Source: Macrostomum lignano (Eukaryota). From it: a stretch of DNA of 64,000 bases. The position numbers and the translations under genes were made by a program. Positions 1-13,258 of the stretch are shown here, in pieces. Within the stretch, counting starts at the first letter, position 1; every line of letters starts with the position of its first letter. Where the stretch lies: the NCBI GenBank assembly GCA_002269645.1, contig NIVC01000059.1:1240001-1304000 (forward strand), in the 5' to 3' direction. The notes beneath the pieces are model-generated. The model ran no database searches, was not told the origin of the DNA, and saw only the letters and a program-made list of their open reading frames with translations.

Positions 1-1419
1 ATTTTAAAGAAATAGTCATTTTTGTATTTGTAACAAGATAGTTTAAAAACAATTTGGTAAATTACTTTAGTAACAATTAAGAGACAATGGCATAAATTAT
101 TTATGATGACATACAATGTAGTGTGTTGTTGTGTGAGACGAGGTTGGGGGAAGTGGGGTAGGAATGTTTATTATCACGATGCATTATCCATTGCTTGCTT
201 GCTATTCTTTCCTTCCTTTCCTTTTCCCCTTTTGATTTGCATACATGTATGAGAGACCCTCAAGGGTCTTTGTTGCTTGCGTATGGTGCTTGCTAAATAT
301 ATAGAAGTGACTGGCTCTTTCAGAGCCTCAACCTACTTTTGCAGTAGACACAGTCTACAAAATTATTAATTATAGATAACCTATATCAACTATAAATTTT
401 ACCTAGTATAACACTTTTTTAATCTTAGCCTACTTTTTTTAGAACTAGAACTATATGCCTACAACTTTTAAGGTTTCAAAAACATTCTATCAAGCAAAAC
501 TTAGTTGGAAAACAAAGCAAAATTGACAATTTTATTTAGTAAGGCACAAAAACATTTTGAGCTTTTCACTAATCACTGAAATGAGTAAATTTTTTATATC
601 AATTGTTTTTTTAATTTTGTCTATTGTAGAAAGCAATATTTATAGGTTTTCTATTCAGTATTAATAAAATAAGTGCAAAGTTACTAACTTATGATTGTTC
701 ATTAGCAGATTGCATATAAATGAATTTAATTTAATTAGCCCATGGTATAGTCTTGTTTATATATATTATCAAGCTCTAATTTGCCTTTTGATAAAAACAA
801 AAGAATTTTATTTCAACAATTACATTTTTGCATAAGGCCTATAGGCCTACTGTTTCATCAAGACTTAAGGCAAAATCAAGCAAAGAAATAGCAGTAAAAT
901 GCAACAAAAACTATAGAGCAGCTACAATAAATCCATTCACTATAATTATAAGGATCCTTAATAGCTCATATGTACATGTATTGCATGAATTAATACCATG
1001 TAATAAGGTGAGCATTAGCTAGGCCTAATCATGTGTTTAATAAAGTATTTTTAGTATTTTTATGTGACATGGGTGCCAGAGTTGACATAACCCTAGGGCC
1101 CAGTTTTAGCTGGTACATTTTTTGATATTATGACAATCATTTTTTGATAAACTAACATGCTTTTATATTCACTGTTTTACTTACTTTAGGCTTTTAAAGT
1201 TTTAATTTAGGTTTTTCTAAGAATCAGAATAGGCTCTGGCTGTGTCCAACATTTTCTTTCTACTATAGTCTGTTTATGATGTATACTTTACTTGGGTAGG
1301 TCCTAGTCATTTTGTCACCTGGAGTTTTGTCAACTGGCAATTTTGTCAACTTAGTTTGCTTTAGTCATTTCATCAACTAGCCAATGAAGCAGTCTCAACA
1401 AAATTGACTGGTTTCAATA

Positions 1420-1678
1420 GGACTTTTCATATTACCAATTCCAGAACCAGAATTGGTTCGGAATTCCAAGAAAAACAGCAGTATAACTATTAAACTCTGT
1501 TAATATTTGACTGCCTTAACAACCTAACTTAGCACAATTTTTCACTTTCTTCTTGGCGATTGTCATTCAATAATAAAAACTTTATAGCACATATATCCCT
1601 CTAGTTATGGAGACAAAAAGTTATACTTCACAAATTGGTTCTGGTTCTGGAACCAGAGCAAGCAATATGAAAAGGCCC
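1420..1678. mobile_element. Small MITE-like element with imperfect terminal inverted repeats
   Basis: Left end ggacttttcatattaccaattccagaaccagaa matches the reverse complement of the right end (gggccttttcatattg...ttccagaaccagaa); non-coding interior of ~260 bp. Confidence 0.45.
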
Positions 1679-3844
1679 AATATAAATAAATTGTAATAGA
1701 ATTTTGAATTTTGAATATCTTCAAAATTTCTAGGCAGTTGTTATTTTTATGGTGACCAGACAAATAGCGATATGGTTATTTGTCCGGTTACTGGATAATG
1801 GCTATGCTTTCCCATTCATCTGGTTAATACCAGACAAATAGGCTTTTTATTATTTGACTGGTTAAATTGATAATGCTAAAATATCTATTTTATAAAAACT
1901 GCAAGGGTGAATATTCCTAGACTTCAAAGCCTTTTTAATTGTATCAAGAATATATTAGTTAGCTATTTATTCTAAAACATTTAGTAATTAAAAAATATTT
2001 AATAATAACTATTAATTGTCAAAGCCCTAGATCCATCTATAATTTGCCATACTTTAAGACATGGTAGATATTGATTGACACGACATTGACACATGGTGTT
2101 TATAATGCAAAAATTGGTATTCTTTCATTTTACAATCACATAGCACTAGGCCCTATCAATATGGGAGTTAAGACTTTCAATATACAATCCCCCGGGCCCC
2201 TTAGAAGATAAGTTCCCTATTGGAATAAGTTGACAAAACGCAGACAACCGTCCATTGCATTTTCGGGTTCTCCTGGTGTCGCATCGCGCCGCTCATGCGA
2301 TAGTGGTATCAAGTGGTGTGTTGCGTCGCGTGACACTATGGAAACCTGGTGTCATCATGCATCACGTTGCGCAATGTGACAGTGTGGCAACTTGGCAGCT
2401 GGCATTGTCATGTGTCACGTTGCAGCCTGGATCTATAGCCAAAACCTCGCAAATTGTTTCATTGTAATATGTTAGTAGTAGTAGTAGTAGTAAGTAGTAG
2501 TAGTAAGTTGGCTCAGGCAAGAAGCCTGTTTGGCCAATATATTTCTGTGTATTTAAGATTACTTCAGGAACAGAAGGCAATATTTTAGCATTATTTAACT
2601 ACAATTGTATGAGTTTTGCCATATGCTATTTGAAAGAACGCGTAAATGCTGTTGACAAAACTTTGGACAACTAACGTTCGAAGTGAAAGAAAAAGCAAGG
2701 AGTTAAAATTGCATGAAATTTTTGTATGTAGCTGGCGATATTGCACATAAATCCAGTTTAGCCCATAGGTTATAAAAAAAATTATATAGATATTAATCAA
2801 GTGATAACAAAATTGTATAAAATATAATATTTGAAAGAGCGTATAGGATTTTTTGCGGTTTTTACGGACGAAATATATGAACACACAACAGAACGACAGG
2901 TAATTAGGAAGAGAGTTATAAAACAGGTACCGTATGGCTTTTTTTGTACTATGTTCACGGTTGTTTCTTGGTATTTAAATGTTTCAAACATGTTTGATAC
3001 TAACTAGTTCTTGAACTGTTCTTTTTTATTTTGACGGTGAAGTAACTAATACTTAAAATATAATTTTAGAAATGTTACTTGTTAGTTACAATGCGTGCGC
3101 TATTTTTCTAAGTGTTGTAACTTTGTTGTTTTACTGTTTATTGTTTTTAAATTTTATTTTTTTTCCCGCGAAATTGAAAGGAATACTCTCGTTCCTCGCC
3201 CCATGGTCTCGGTATCGGGTCTCGGGAGTGAACGGCAGAACGGGAATTGTCAATTGCAACGTGGCTGCTGTGGCGTCCTCCCCCCCGCCCGGTCATTCGG
3301 TCAACAGACATCGGCGTTGCATCGCGCGTCGCCGCCCCCAGTCAACAAAATTTGGTGTCGCGTCGCGCTTTTGAGGGCACAATTTTGGCACCCGTGTCGC
3401 GCGTCCGCGGGTTTTTGAAACTTATTCAAATAGGGGATAAGTTAAAATTACTCTTAAAATCAAACTTAAAAATAGGACCACTTTTAAGCACAGTATCCTA
3501 GCATAAACTCTTGTGTTTTGTTAGGAGCGTAGTATATCAACTTTTGTCATAAAATCATTTAAATGGTAAATTTATCTATAAAAATGATCCCTCCAATAAA
3601 TTAGATACATTCACAATTGTCAAGTTTCCTTTGTTAAATTATTTTGACTCTAGAAAAGTAATCTACAAACTGTTTTAATTACAAATAAATACTTTTAAGA
3701 GACTTAAGCCTGATTAAAAACTAATTCTATGCTTTAAAACTTGCTATAATGTATCTGACACCAGAAAGCTGCAATAGGCCTAGTCTATAGCCAGAACATT
3801 TGAACATTTTTTGACTTGAAAAAAAGGTCTATGGTCTAGTCTAA

Positions 3845-5065
3845 ACCAAGGACTTCTAGACTAACAGGACGTAAAACTCAAAGATCGTGCAATTTTTAGA
3901 GGCCACGATTTCCTGGAAAAAATACACTGCGGAGATAGGAAAAAAATAAGTTTTTTGTCACAAAAGCAGTGATTGTATTTGATCTGGGGCAGTGAAGACT
4001 ACCATTCTTTTAATTTAACATGCACAACATGTTACTCTATTATATTTTCATATAGCTGTGTATTGAAGTTTTCATTTTCATGTTGTTTTTACTTCATTTC
4101 ATAAGCCCAAAGTTGCAAATACTCACAAGTGGCATTAGCCAAACTTTTTGTGCTGTTCCTTTTTTGAATCAAGTATATTTGTAATAAAAACTGTGCATGT
4201 AGGTACTCTTAATCTTTTATTGTACGGTTAGTAACTATACTAGGCCTACTAGTATTAGTTATACCTGTCTACTATTACTACTAGGTATAATGTCTAAGAG
4301 TTATGAGTCTAAGACCTATCAAAGATTCTTGAAAATTAGGCTTTATATATGGAATCACACATCCTTTTATTGGTAAAATGGGCCCTAACTAAAATGACTG
4401 AATACAAGGCATGTTTGTCTTATTCATTTTCTTGCCTAATGAATAATGATATTTGATCTATGGATGGATTCCAAAATCTTCTTAATAAGTGTGGCATACT
4501 TACATTTACAATTTATGGGCCTAATTTATTTCAGTTTTTTAATTTTTTAAACATGATTCTAGCTAAAGAGAAGAAAGAAGAGAGAGAAATAAAAATGGTA
4601 ATATCTATCTGTCTAAATCATTAATATAATAATAATATGCAATTAGTTACTAGGCCTAATATATGCATTGAAATGGAACTATATCTATAATAAAAGATTA
4701 AGAGTACCTACATGCACAGTTTTTATTACAAATATACTTGATTCAAAAAAGGAACAGCACAAAAAGTTTGGCTAATGCCACTTGTGAGTATTTGCAACTT
4801 TGGGCTTATGAAATGAAGTAAAAACAACATGAAAATGAAAACTTCAATATACAGCTATATGAAAATATAATAGAGTAACATGTTGTGCATGTTAAATTAA
4901 AAGAATAGTAGTCTTCACTGCCCCAGATCAAATACAATCACTGCTTTTGTGACAAAAAAACTGATTTTTTCCTATCTCCGCAGTGTATTTTTTCCAGGAA
5001 ATCGTGGCCTCTAAAAATTGCACGATCTTTGAGTTTTACGTCCTGTTAGTCTAGAAGTCCTTGGT
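3845..5065. mobile_element. Foldback/TIR non-autonomous element with ~377-bp inverted arms
   Basis: 3845-4221 is a near-perfect reverse complement of 4689-5065, around an AT-rich 467-bp spacer. Diverged relatives of the arm occur at ~31965-32060 and ~34455-34640. Confidence 0.8.
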
Positions 5066-5887
5066 CTAAACATCAATGATCTTTATTTGACTTTAACAAG
5101 TTGACAAATAACAAATAACTAAAAGTAAAATCCTAAATTTAGCTAGGCTATGTGTAGTATTACACCCACTAATAAATTGCTCTATGGAAAAGGAAGTTTG
5201 AACTTTGAAGGACTTGGCCATAAAACAATTTTTAGTAGGTATGATTAATTTTTTCTCTACTTGTAAGATGAGCAGGTGGTAAGGCAGGCAGAACCATAGA
5301 CTGACCATAAACTAAATGATTTGACTAAAGTCAGATAAAATTCTGTATATTATATGGATCAAGCTGCTTATTTTACACAATTTAAGACAGAAAGAGACAA
5401 AGCAATGGATCCTCCTAAACTTGAATTCAAATGGATTGATGCTTTTTTGCATTGACCACTATTATATCTATAACTGTTCTTGTATCAACCACCTTTACAT
5501 CTACAACTACTGCCAATCTATTGGCAGCTGACTCTGACAACACTGTTCTAGTAGCATTGTCTAGTCATTTTGCTGTCTTGTCATTTGACAACATCCAGCA
5601 AAAGTTGCAATGCTATCCCTGACAGCATAAGATGCAAATTGGAATGGGTGTTCAACCTATTCAACCAAAAATAAGACAAGCAACAATCAGCTTGTATTCT
5701 ATCCAGTGAGAAGACTGGCCTGATAGTGACAAAGCCAATGGAAAAGTGGAATGCTGACAATTGAAATTTTCTGTTAAAATATTTTTATTTGAGGTACATA
5801 AGAAGGATGGGGACAAGTACAATGCTTCAACCTAGAAGGATATCTTTATGATGCTTTAATAACATATTACGCATTGGCTAAAGAGAT

Positions 5888-6284
5888 ATTTTTTTTATTA
5901 GAGACAGGGGGGTGTGTGCACCCTGGCGCACTTTAAGCAACAGTCACACAACCGGCAAGATGCAATACTGTCCATTCCACCAACTCCCCTGAGCAGGCAT
6001 ACAAGTGCGTAGATACATACCCAGTCATACACATAAGCACACACTCATAGAGGAGTGTACAGTGGCCCTAACTTTATTTTATCGTTAGATGTTAGGTATG
6101 TATATACTTCACTGCGCCTTGGGAGGTTGGCTCTCAAGGCCATTAATTGCATAATCAAAGCCAAGCTTATGAATTAGAATTTTGAGATTCCAATTCAGCC
6201 CCAAATTAATATGATTGCACTTGGAATTGAGCCTCGGCCACTAGCACACTAGAGCCTGCGCTAGACCACTGGGCTATAGCCCCC
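5888..6284 (-). mobile_element. tRNA-derived SINE (decayed)
   Basis: Minus strand has an A-box-like TAGCCCAGTGG (6266-6276), a B-box-like GGCTCAATTCC (6223-6233) and an A-rich tail near 5888-5900. Confidence 0.55.
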
Positions 6285-6769
6285 TGTTGAAGAAATAATT
6301 TTTGTTGTGGAACTCATGGAGGCACGACAGACATTGGATGTTGCTATGAAGGAGACCGTCCTTTTTTCTATTGTTGGTATTCATTTCAGTCTGTATGGCT
6401 AAATATAAACTTGTTTGTAGTCCTCAGTTTTGATACTAAGAAATGGTTAAACATCCAAGAAACAAATAAGTGGAAATGAAATGCTGCGCGCCACATGCAT
6501 GGGACTTCACAAGCCCTATTTGAAACATACTTAGAGGAATTGTGGTGTCATTATATGTTTCATTGGCTATGCAAGGATCTTGGCTCTCATAGTGGTAACA
6601 TGTTCCTGTTTATCAACAATGATTTTCAACTTTAAATTATATTTATACTGTGGCAAGCAGGTTGCCACTGAAATTTTTGTAACTGAATTATTCATGCATG
6701 AATGTTTTTATATTTTGTCCACTTGGTTTATTTTGTGTCACTTTCCCATGTGTGGCCTCCATAGCAAGA

Positions 6770-7630
6770 TAGCAAGATAGCAAGCATCCACCCAGATAGC
6801 AAGCATACACCCAGATAGCAAGCATCCTGCAGATAGCAAGCATCCCTCAGATAGAAGCATCCACCCAGATAGCAAACATCCACCCAGATAGCAAGCATCC
6901 ACCCAGATAGCAAGCATCCACCCAGATAGCAAACATCCACCCAGATAGCAAGCATCCACCCAGATAGCAAACATCCACCCAGATAGCAAGCATCCACCCA
7001 GATAGCAAGCATACACCCAGATAGCAAGCATCCTGCAGATAGCAAGCATCCCTCAGATAGAAGCATCCACCCAGATAGCAAACATCCACCCAGATAGCAA
7101 GCATCCACCCAGATAGCAAGCATCCACCCAGATAGCAAACATCCACCCAGATAGCAAGCATCCACCCAGATAGCAAACATCCACCCAGATAGCAAGCATC
7201 CACCCAGATAGCAAACATGCACCCAGATAGCAAGCATCATCCAGGTAGCAAACATCCACCCAGATAGCAAGCATCCCCCAGATAGCAAGCATCTTGCAGG
7301 TAGCAAACATCCACCCAGATAGCAAGCATCCCCAAGATAGCAAGCATCTTGCAGATAGCAAGCATCATCCAGGTAGCAAACATCCACCCAGATAGCAAGC
7401 ATCCCCCAGATAGCAAGCATCCCCCAGATAGCAAGCATCTTGCAGATAGCAAGCATCATCCAGGTAGCAAACATCCACCCAGATAGCAAGCATCATCCAG
7501 GTAGCAAACATCCACCCAGATAGCAAGCATCCCCCAGATAGCAAGCATCCCCCAGATAGCAAGCATCTTGCAGATAGCAAGCATCATCCAGGTAGCAAAC
7601 ATCCACCCAGATAGCAAGCATCCCTGGATA
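6770..7630. repeat. Minisatellite, ~21-bp unit (cagatagcaagcatccacc)
   Basis: Direct tandem array; explains the periodic ORFs at 6728-7734. Confidence 0.95.
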
Positions 7631-8609
7631 AAAATATTCCCATACATGTACTCGTAGATACATGCAGCCAGTACCCCTTCTCCCAAATAGCAAGTACCCC
7701 CCCTCAAGAGAGAAATCTTAGTAAAAATTGTCAAAATCTATTTCAAAAAATGTTTTAGTCAAAATTGATTGTTAACTGTTCAATATTGATTCGGAGTTGT
7801 CAAAAATGAAGCGGACTTTTTGGGTACACAAACCATAGAGTGTCAGTTTTGAAGCAACTCTGTCAGACTTTGTAGCCCAACCAGTCAGGCTATTTTAGTC
7901 TGTGTGTCTAAAGGATGAAGAAAAATAAATTTTATTAATACTTGTAGATCCAAAAAGCAAAGTCAGAATAAGCTGATTTTGCACAGCTCACTTCAGCCCC
8001 ATTCAGGCTTTCATTGGATTACTTTGTTACCGAATTCTCCCAGGAGAAGTTGACTAAATGTGCATTGTCAAAATTGAACCAGAGTTTGTCAAAATTGAAG
8101 CTTGATCTGTCAATATTGATTGTAGATTTTGAGTGCCCGACCATAGAGTGTCAATATTAAAGAGGAGTTTGTCAGTTTCGAAGTTCTCCTTGTTCAAAAT
8201 CGAGGGTAAAATGGTGTACTGACTTGCTTTACCCCAACATTTGCCTCTAATTTGTTAGGTATTTGCTTGTAGCTAATTTAGTTTTAGTAAGTAGTAGTTA
8301 GTTCTCACATCTCGATGCCCCGAATCAAATCATGGTTGTATTATTAATTTCATTAAATAACTTTCCTGCTTTAACATTCTGCATTAAATTACCAAATAAT
8401 AACCAAGCCATTAACAAGAGTCATTTGTTGATCAATCAAAGCCATAGCCTATCTTAATTACCTGTCTGTGGGATGTAAAACAACCAAAGCTCTCATCTCA
8501 AAGAAAGCTCTAAGACTAACTCATTCCATATTACATAAATTATGGTAGTGGTAGCTCTACCCTACTGATAGTAATCCGCTTAACAAATCAATGCATCAAT
8601 TTTAATGGT

Positions 8610-9325
8610 GTCAGTCTAGTCTCTCACAACAAGCACAGATTTGTCCACATAGCAAATTTTTTCATCTTTGGAAAGATGCTGAAGTCAGCTGGTGATAAAT
8701 CTGGAAAGTAGGATAGGTATGAGAGTAGCTCAAAATTTGCCTGCTCAATTGTCTTCTTGGTATTCTTAGACTTGTGGAGGTGTGCATTGTCATGGTATAG
8801 AAAATACAGAGTCATAGTAGGCCAAGATCTTTGCTAGTTCCAATGCCTCAGTCATTGTGTAATATTGCAGTGGACTTTGGACTGCCAAGCATGTCCACAA
8901 TCTTACAGACTGTCAGTCTGGCATTGGTGTTAAACTATTACTGAATCTGTTGATGTCATTACTGATTCCATTGGTAACATGTATAGCTGATGGCAAGTGT
9001 GTGTAGTGCAATGGTCATTATATGGATAAGCTTCAAGACAATGTTGATTATCTGTTGACTGTTCTTTCCTTAGCTTTTATGTTGCAATTGTTTCATTGAT
9101 TTGTTTATCAGGTACAAAGCTTTGGTCTTTAGCAGTTTGTAGAAGTAGCATAGGGGTGGGGCAGAAAAGTTTTCATATCTCAAGTATGCTAGCAGACACA
9201 AATAATTACAAATTCATTTTAATGGGTGGATAATTCTTTTTTAATTGCCACAAAGTAAATATTTCTGATTGGTTAGAAAAGGCTATAGTAAAGAAATTGC
9301 ACCAACTTCTGAGATACCCCTTGTA
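8610..9325 (-). mobile_element. Degenerate Tc1/mariner transposon fragment
   Basis: ORF 8624-8815(-) reads HDNAHLH...YFPDLSPADFSIFPKMK, a decayed mariner HDNA..H / YSPDLAPSDF.LF motif. A mariner-like terminus TACAAGGGGTATCTCAGAAGTT lies on the minus strand ending at 9325. Confidence 0.75.
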
Positions 9326-9890
9326 CATTATTATACATTATACATTAGTTATTAGATCCTAATCTGCAACCTGATTCTTAAAATTGCAGAAAGGATCATA
9401 ATCCTGCTAGGTATAAAATTTGATCCAAAATTTATTGTAGTGACTTTTATATTTGTATTTGTATTTGTTATTTATAAATTTAAAACTATGGCTAATTTGT
9501 CTGATTGCTACTTCAGTTTTTTATTTTACATTGTAGGCCCTAACTATAAGAGCCAATTTTTATAGTATTTTTTTATTGTTTCCATACTTATTGTTTGATT
9601 ACTTATTTAGCGTAAGCGTTATTAATACTAATATTTTGTTATTTATTTATCTTGTTTATCAACAATAAATTATGCTAGTTGTTCAGTAAAATATTAAAAT
9701 CAAATTCATTCAATAAGTGCAATGGCAATAGTTTATTGCTTCATCTATCTGATTATATAAAGCAAGTAATTCTGAATTGCAACCATTTTTTATGAAAATA
9801 ACTAAGCTCTCATCTTTTTAAAGCAACTATTTTAAGAAGCTTAATTTTGTCAAGATTAACAGTTACTTACAAAGTACTTGGATTTCAAGC

Positions 9891-12188
9891 ATGTGAGTTT
9901 CAATAATACTTACAGTTTTAACAATGTTTTGGCCATATTTGGTTTATAAATTATATTTCCATTGAAATTTTAGGGCTGACTATTGGAAATCGCAGCCGAA
10001 GTATTATTGCACCGCCTGTAATTGTTATATGGCTGACAATAAAGTTGTAAGTAGAAATTCATTTGTTGTAATCTTACTTTGAAATCAAATTAATAACTTC
10101 ATTATTGATATCTTAATTAGGCAATAAATATTCAATTATAATTTCAGACCAGAGAGAGACACGAAGGTGGCAAAAATCATCAGGAAAATGTTGAGAGACG
10201 TTTAAAAGAGGTGTGTAAAACTTTACAAACTTGTTTGTTTTACAAACTTGATTCTAATCTGGTTTATGAATCGATTCCCTTTTATTCCCCAGATTAGAAT
10301 CCAAGCTATGAAAGATGAGCGCGAGAAGCGGTTGCTGGATAATTGCTTTAAACAGATGAATGAGGTGGGTGTTTATTCTGTGCTTTTATTTATAGCACAT
10401 GTGCTATAATTATAATTCTCTAAGGCAATATATTTAGTTGGTTTACAAATGACACACTTTTAATATACAAGCTCGTCCTTTATTTCCATTTCAAAAGGGT
10501 GCAGCCAAAAGTCTGGGTCAGAGCTCAGATTCCAGTTCTACTACTACCACTGGTAAGATGTGCTTTTGACAACAATAATACATTTGTTCGCGTGAAATTT
10601 TTATTTATAACTGAGATTCATTCTGTATCAGAGATGCTGTGCTGGTGCGCCATTTTGTTCACAGCAGTGCTCAACATCCTGGTCATGCTGGAGCACCATT
10701 TTGTTCATAGCAGTGCTCAACATCATGGTCATGCTGGTGCACCATTTTGTTCACAGCAGTGCTCAACATCCTGGTCATGCTGGTGCACCATTTTGTTCAT
10801 AGCAGTGCTCCACATCATGGTCATGCTGGTGCTGCGCCATTTTGGTCACCGCAGTGCTCCACATCCTGGTCATGCTGGTGCGCAATTTTGGTCACAGCAG
10901 TGCTCCACATCCTGGTCATGCTGGTGCACCATTTTGTTCACAGCAGTGCTCCACATCCTGGTCATTCTGGTGCACCATTTTGTTCACAGCAGTGCTCCAC
11001 ATCCTGGTCATGCTGGTGCACCATTTTGTTCACAGCAGTGCTCCACATCCTGGTCATTCTGGTGCACCATTTTGTTCACAGCAGTGCTCCACATCATGGT
11101 CATGCTGGTGCTGCGCCATTTTGGTCACAGCAGTGCTCCACATCCTGGTCATGCTGGTGCACTAAGCCGATCCTTGACTTTGCTACAATGCTAGCATAAA
11201 TTCAATGCAATATTGTAATAAAGCTACTATTAGTAGTAAAAAAGCTTGTACTTTGCTTAGTTGTTTTAATAACAAGTATCAGAAATTTTTATTCTTGCAG
11301 TTCCGCAAGCGCAATCTGCAGCTGTCTCCACTGCATCACCTGCCGCAGCCGCTGCGGCAGCCAGCGGCTACAAACGCGGCGATCTAGCCACCGTTGCTGA
11401 GTCCTCAGCCGTGGCTGCCGCAGCGGCAGAAGCTGCGGTGCTCAGCCAGGATTGGCGAGAGTCCAAAACTGCAGACGGGCGCATCTATTATTGGAATACC
11501 AAGACTCGAGGTGAGGGCCGCGAGGCTGTTGCTTGGATAGAGTTGAACTTGCTGTACAGCTCTGTGATTAAATTAATCTGCGATTCATTCTCAACAGAAA
11601 CCGTTTGGGAGAGGCCGCAGCCAAAACCTGCAGCCAGCGCCAGTGATGCTAAACCGGCTGTAAAATCTACTAAAGTGAGTGTTTCTCTGGCTGTCTGTCT
11701 GCCTGTCTGTCTTTCTGTCTGTCTGTCTCTCTGTCTGTCTATCTATCTGTCTGTCTTAGTGTCTGTCTGTCTGTACCTCTTTCTGTCTGTCCGTCTGTCT
11801 ATCTATCTGCCTGTCCTGGTGTCTGTCTGTCTGCCTGTCTGTCTGTCTTAGTGTCTGTCTGCCTATCTTAGTGTCTGTCTGTCTATTTTAGTGTCTGTCT
11901 GCCTCTCTTAGTGTCTGTCTGTCTATTTTAGTGTCTGTCTGTCTATTTTAGTGTCTGTCTGTCTATTTTAGTGTCTGTCTGTCTATTTTAGTGTCTGTCT
12001 GCCTCTCTTAGTGTCTGTCTATTTTAGTGTCTGTCTGCCTATCTTAGTGTCTGTCTGTCTATTTTAGTGTCTGTCTGCCTATCTTAGTGTCTGTCTGCCT
12101 CTCTTAGTGTCTGTCTGCCTCTCTTGGTGTCTGTCTGCCTCTCTTAGTGTCTGTCTGCCTCTCTTAGTGTCTGTCTGCCTATCTTAGT

Positions 12189-12222
<34 letters not shown>

Positions 12223-12904
12223 CTGTCTATCTATCTGCCTGTCCTGGTGTCTGTCTGTCTATTTTAGTGTCTGTCTGCCTATCTTAGTGTCTGTCTGCCT
12301 GTCTTAGTGTCTGTCTGTCTATTTTAGTGTCTGTCTGCCTATCTTAGTGTCTGTCTGTCTATTTTAGTGTCTGTCTGCCTATCTTAGTGTCTGTCTGTCT
12401 ATTTTAGTGTCTGTCTGCCTCTCTTAGTGTCTGTCTGTCTATTTTAGTGTCTGTCTGTCTATTTTAGTGTCTGTCTGCCTCTCTTAGTGTCTGTCTATTT
12501 TAGTGTCTGTCTGCCTATCTTAGTGTCTGTCTGTCTATTTTAGTGTCTGTCTGCCTATCTTAGTGTCTGTCTGCCTCTCTTAGTGTCTGTCTGCCTCTCT
12601 TAGTGTCTGTCTGCCTCTCTTAGTGTCTGTCTGCCTCTCTTAGTGTCTGTCTGCCTATCTTAGTGTCTGTCTGCCTGTCTTAGTGTCTGTCTGTCTATTT
12701 TAGTGTCTGTCTGCCTATCTTAGTGTCTGTCTGTCTATTTTAGTGTCTGTCTGCCTATCTTAGTGTCTGTCTGCCTCTCTTAGTGTCTGTCTGCCTCTCT
12801 TAGTGTCTGTCTGCCTCTCTTAGTGTCTGTCTGCCTCTCTTAGTGTCTGTCTGCCTATCTTAGTGTCTGTCTGCCTATCTTAGTGTCTGTCTGCCTATCT
12901 TAGT

Positions 12905-12938
<34 letters not shown>

Positions 12939-13004
12939 CTGTCTATCTATCTGCCTGTCCTGGTGTCTGTCTGTCTATTTTAGTGTCTGTCTGCCTATCT
13001 TAGT

Positions 13005-13038
<34 letters not shown>

Positions 13039-13224
13039 CTGTCTATCTATCTGCCTGTCCTGGTGTCTGTCTGTCTATTTTAGTGTCTGTCTGCCTATCT
13101 TAGTGTCTGTCTGTCTATTTTAGTGTCTGTCTGCCTATCTTAGTGTCTGTCTGCCTCTCTTAGTGTCTGTCTGCCTCTCTTAGTGTCTGTCTGCCTATCT
13201 TAGTGTCTGTCTGCCTATCTTAGT

Positions 13225-13258
<34 letters not shown>

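Noticed and set aside
240-300. Hairpin gagaccctcaagggtc preceded by tga-ga, resembling a hammerhead ribozyme stem II
   Set aside because: The conserved CUGANGA and GAAA core nucleotides are missing; at best a dead relic.
6728-7734. Long periodic ORFs (also 10499-11199, 15542-16769, 35144-35587, 39207-39854, 40894-41906, 43606-44598, 48771-49474, 51726-52662, 55243-55632, 56017-56547)
   Set aside because: All are translations of tandem repeats that happen to lack stops, mostly inside introns.
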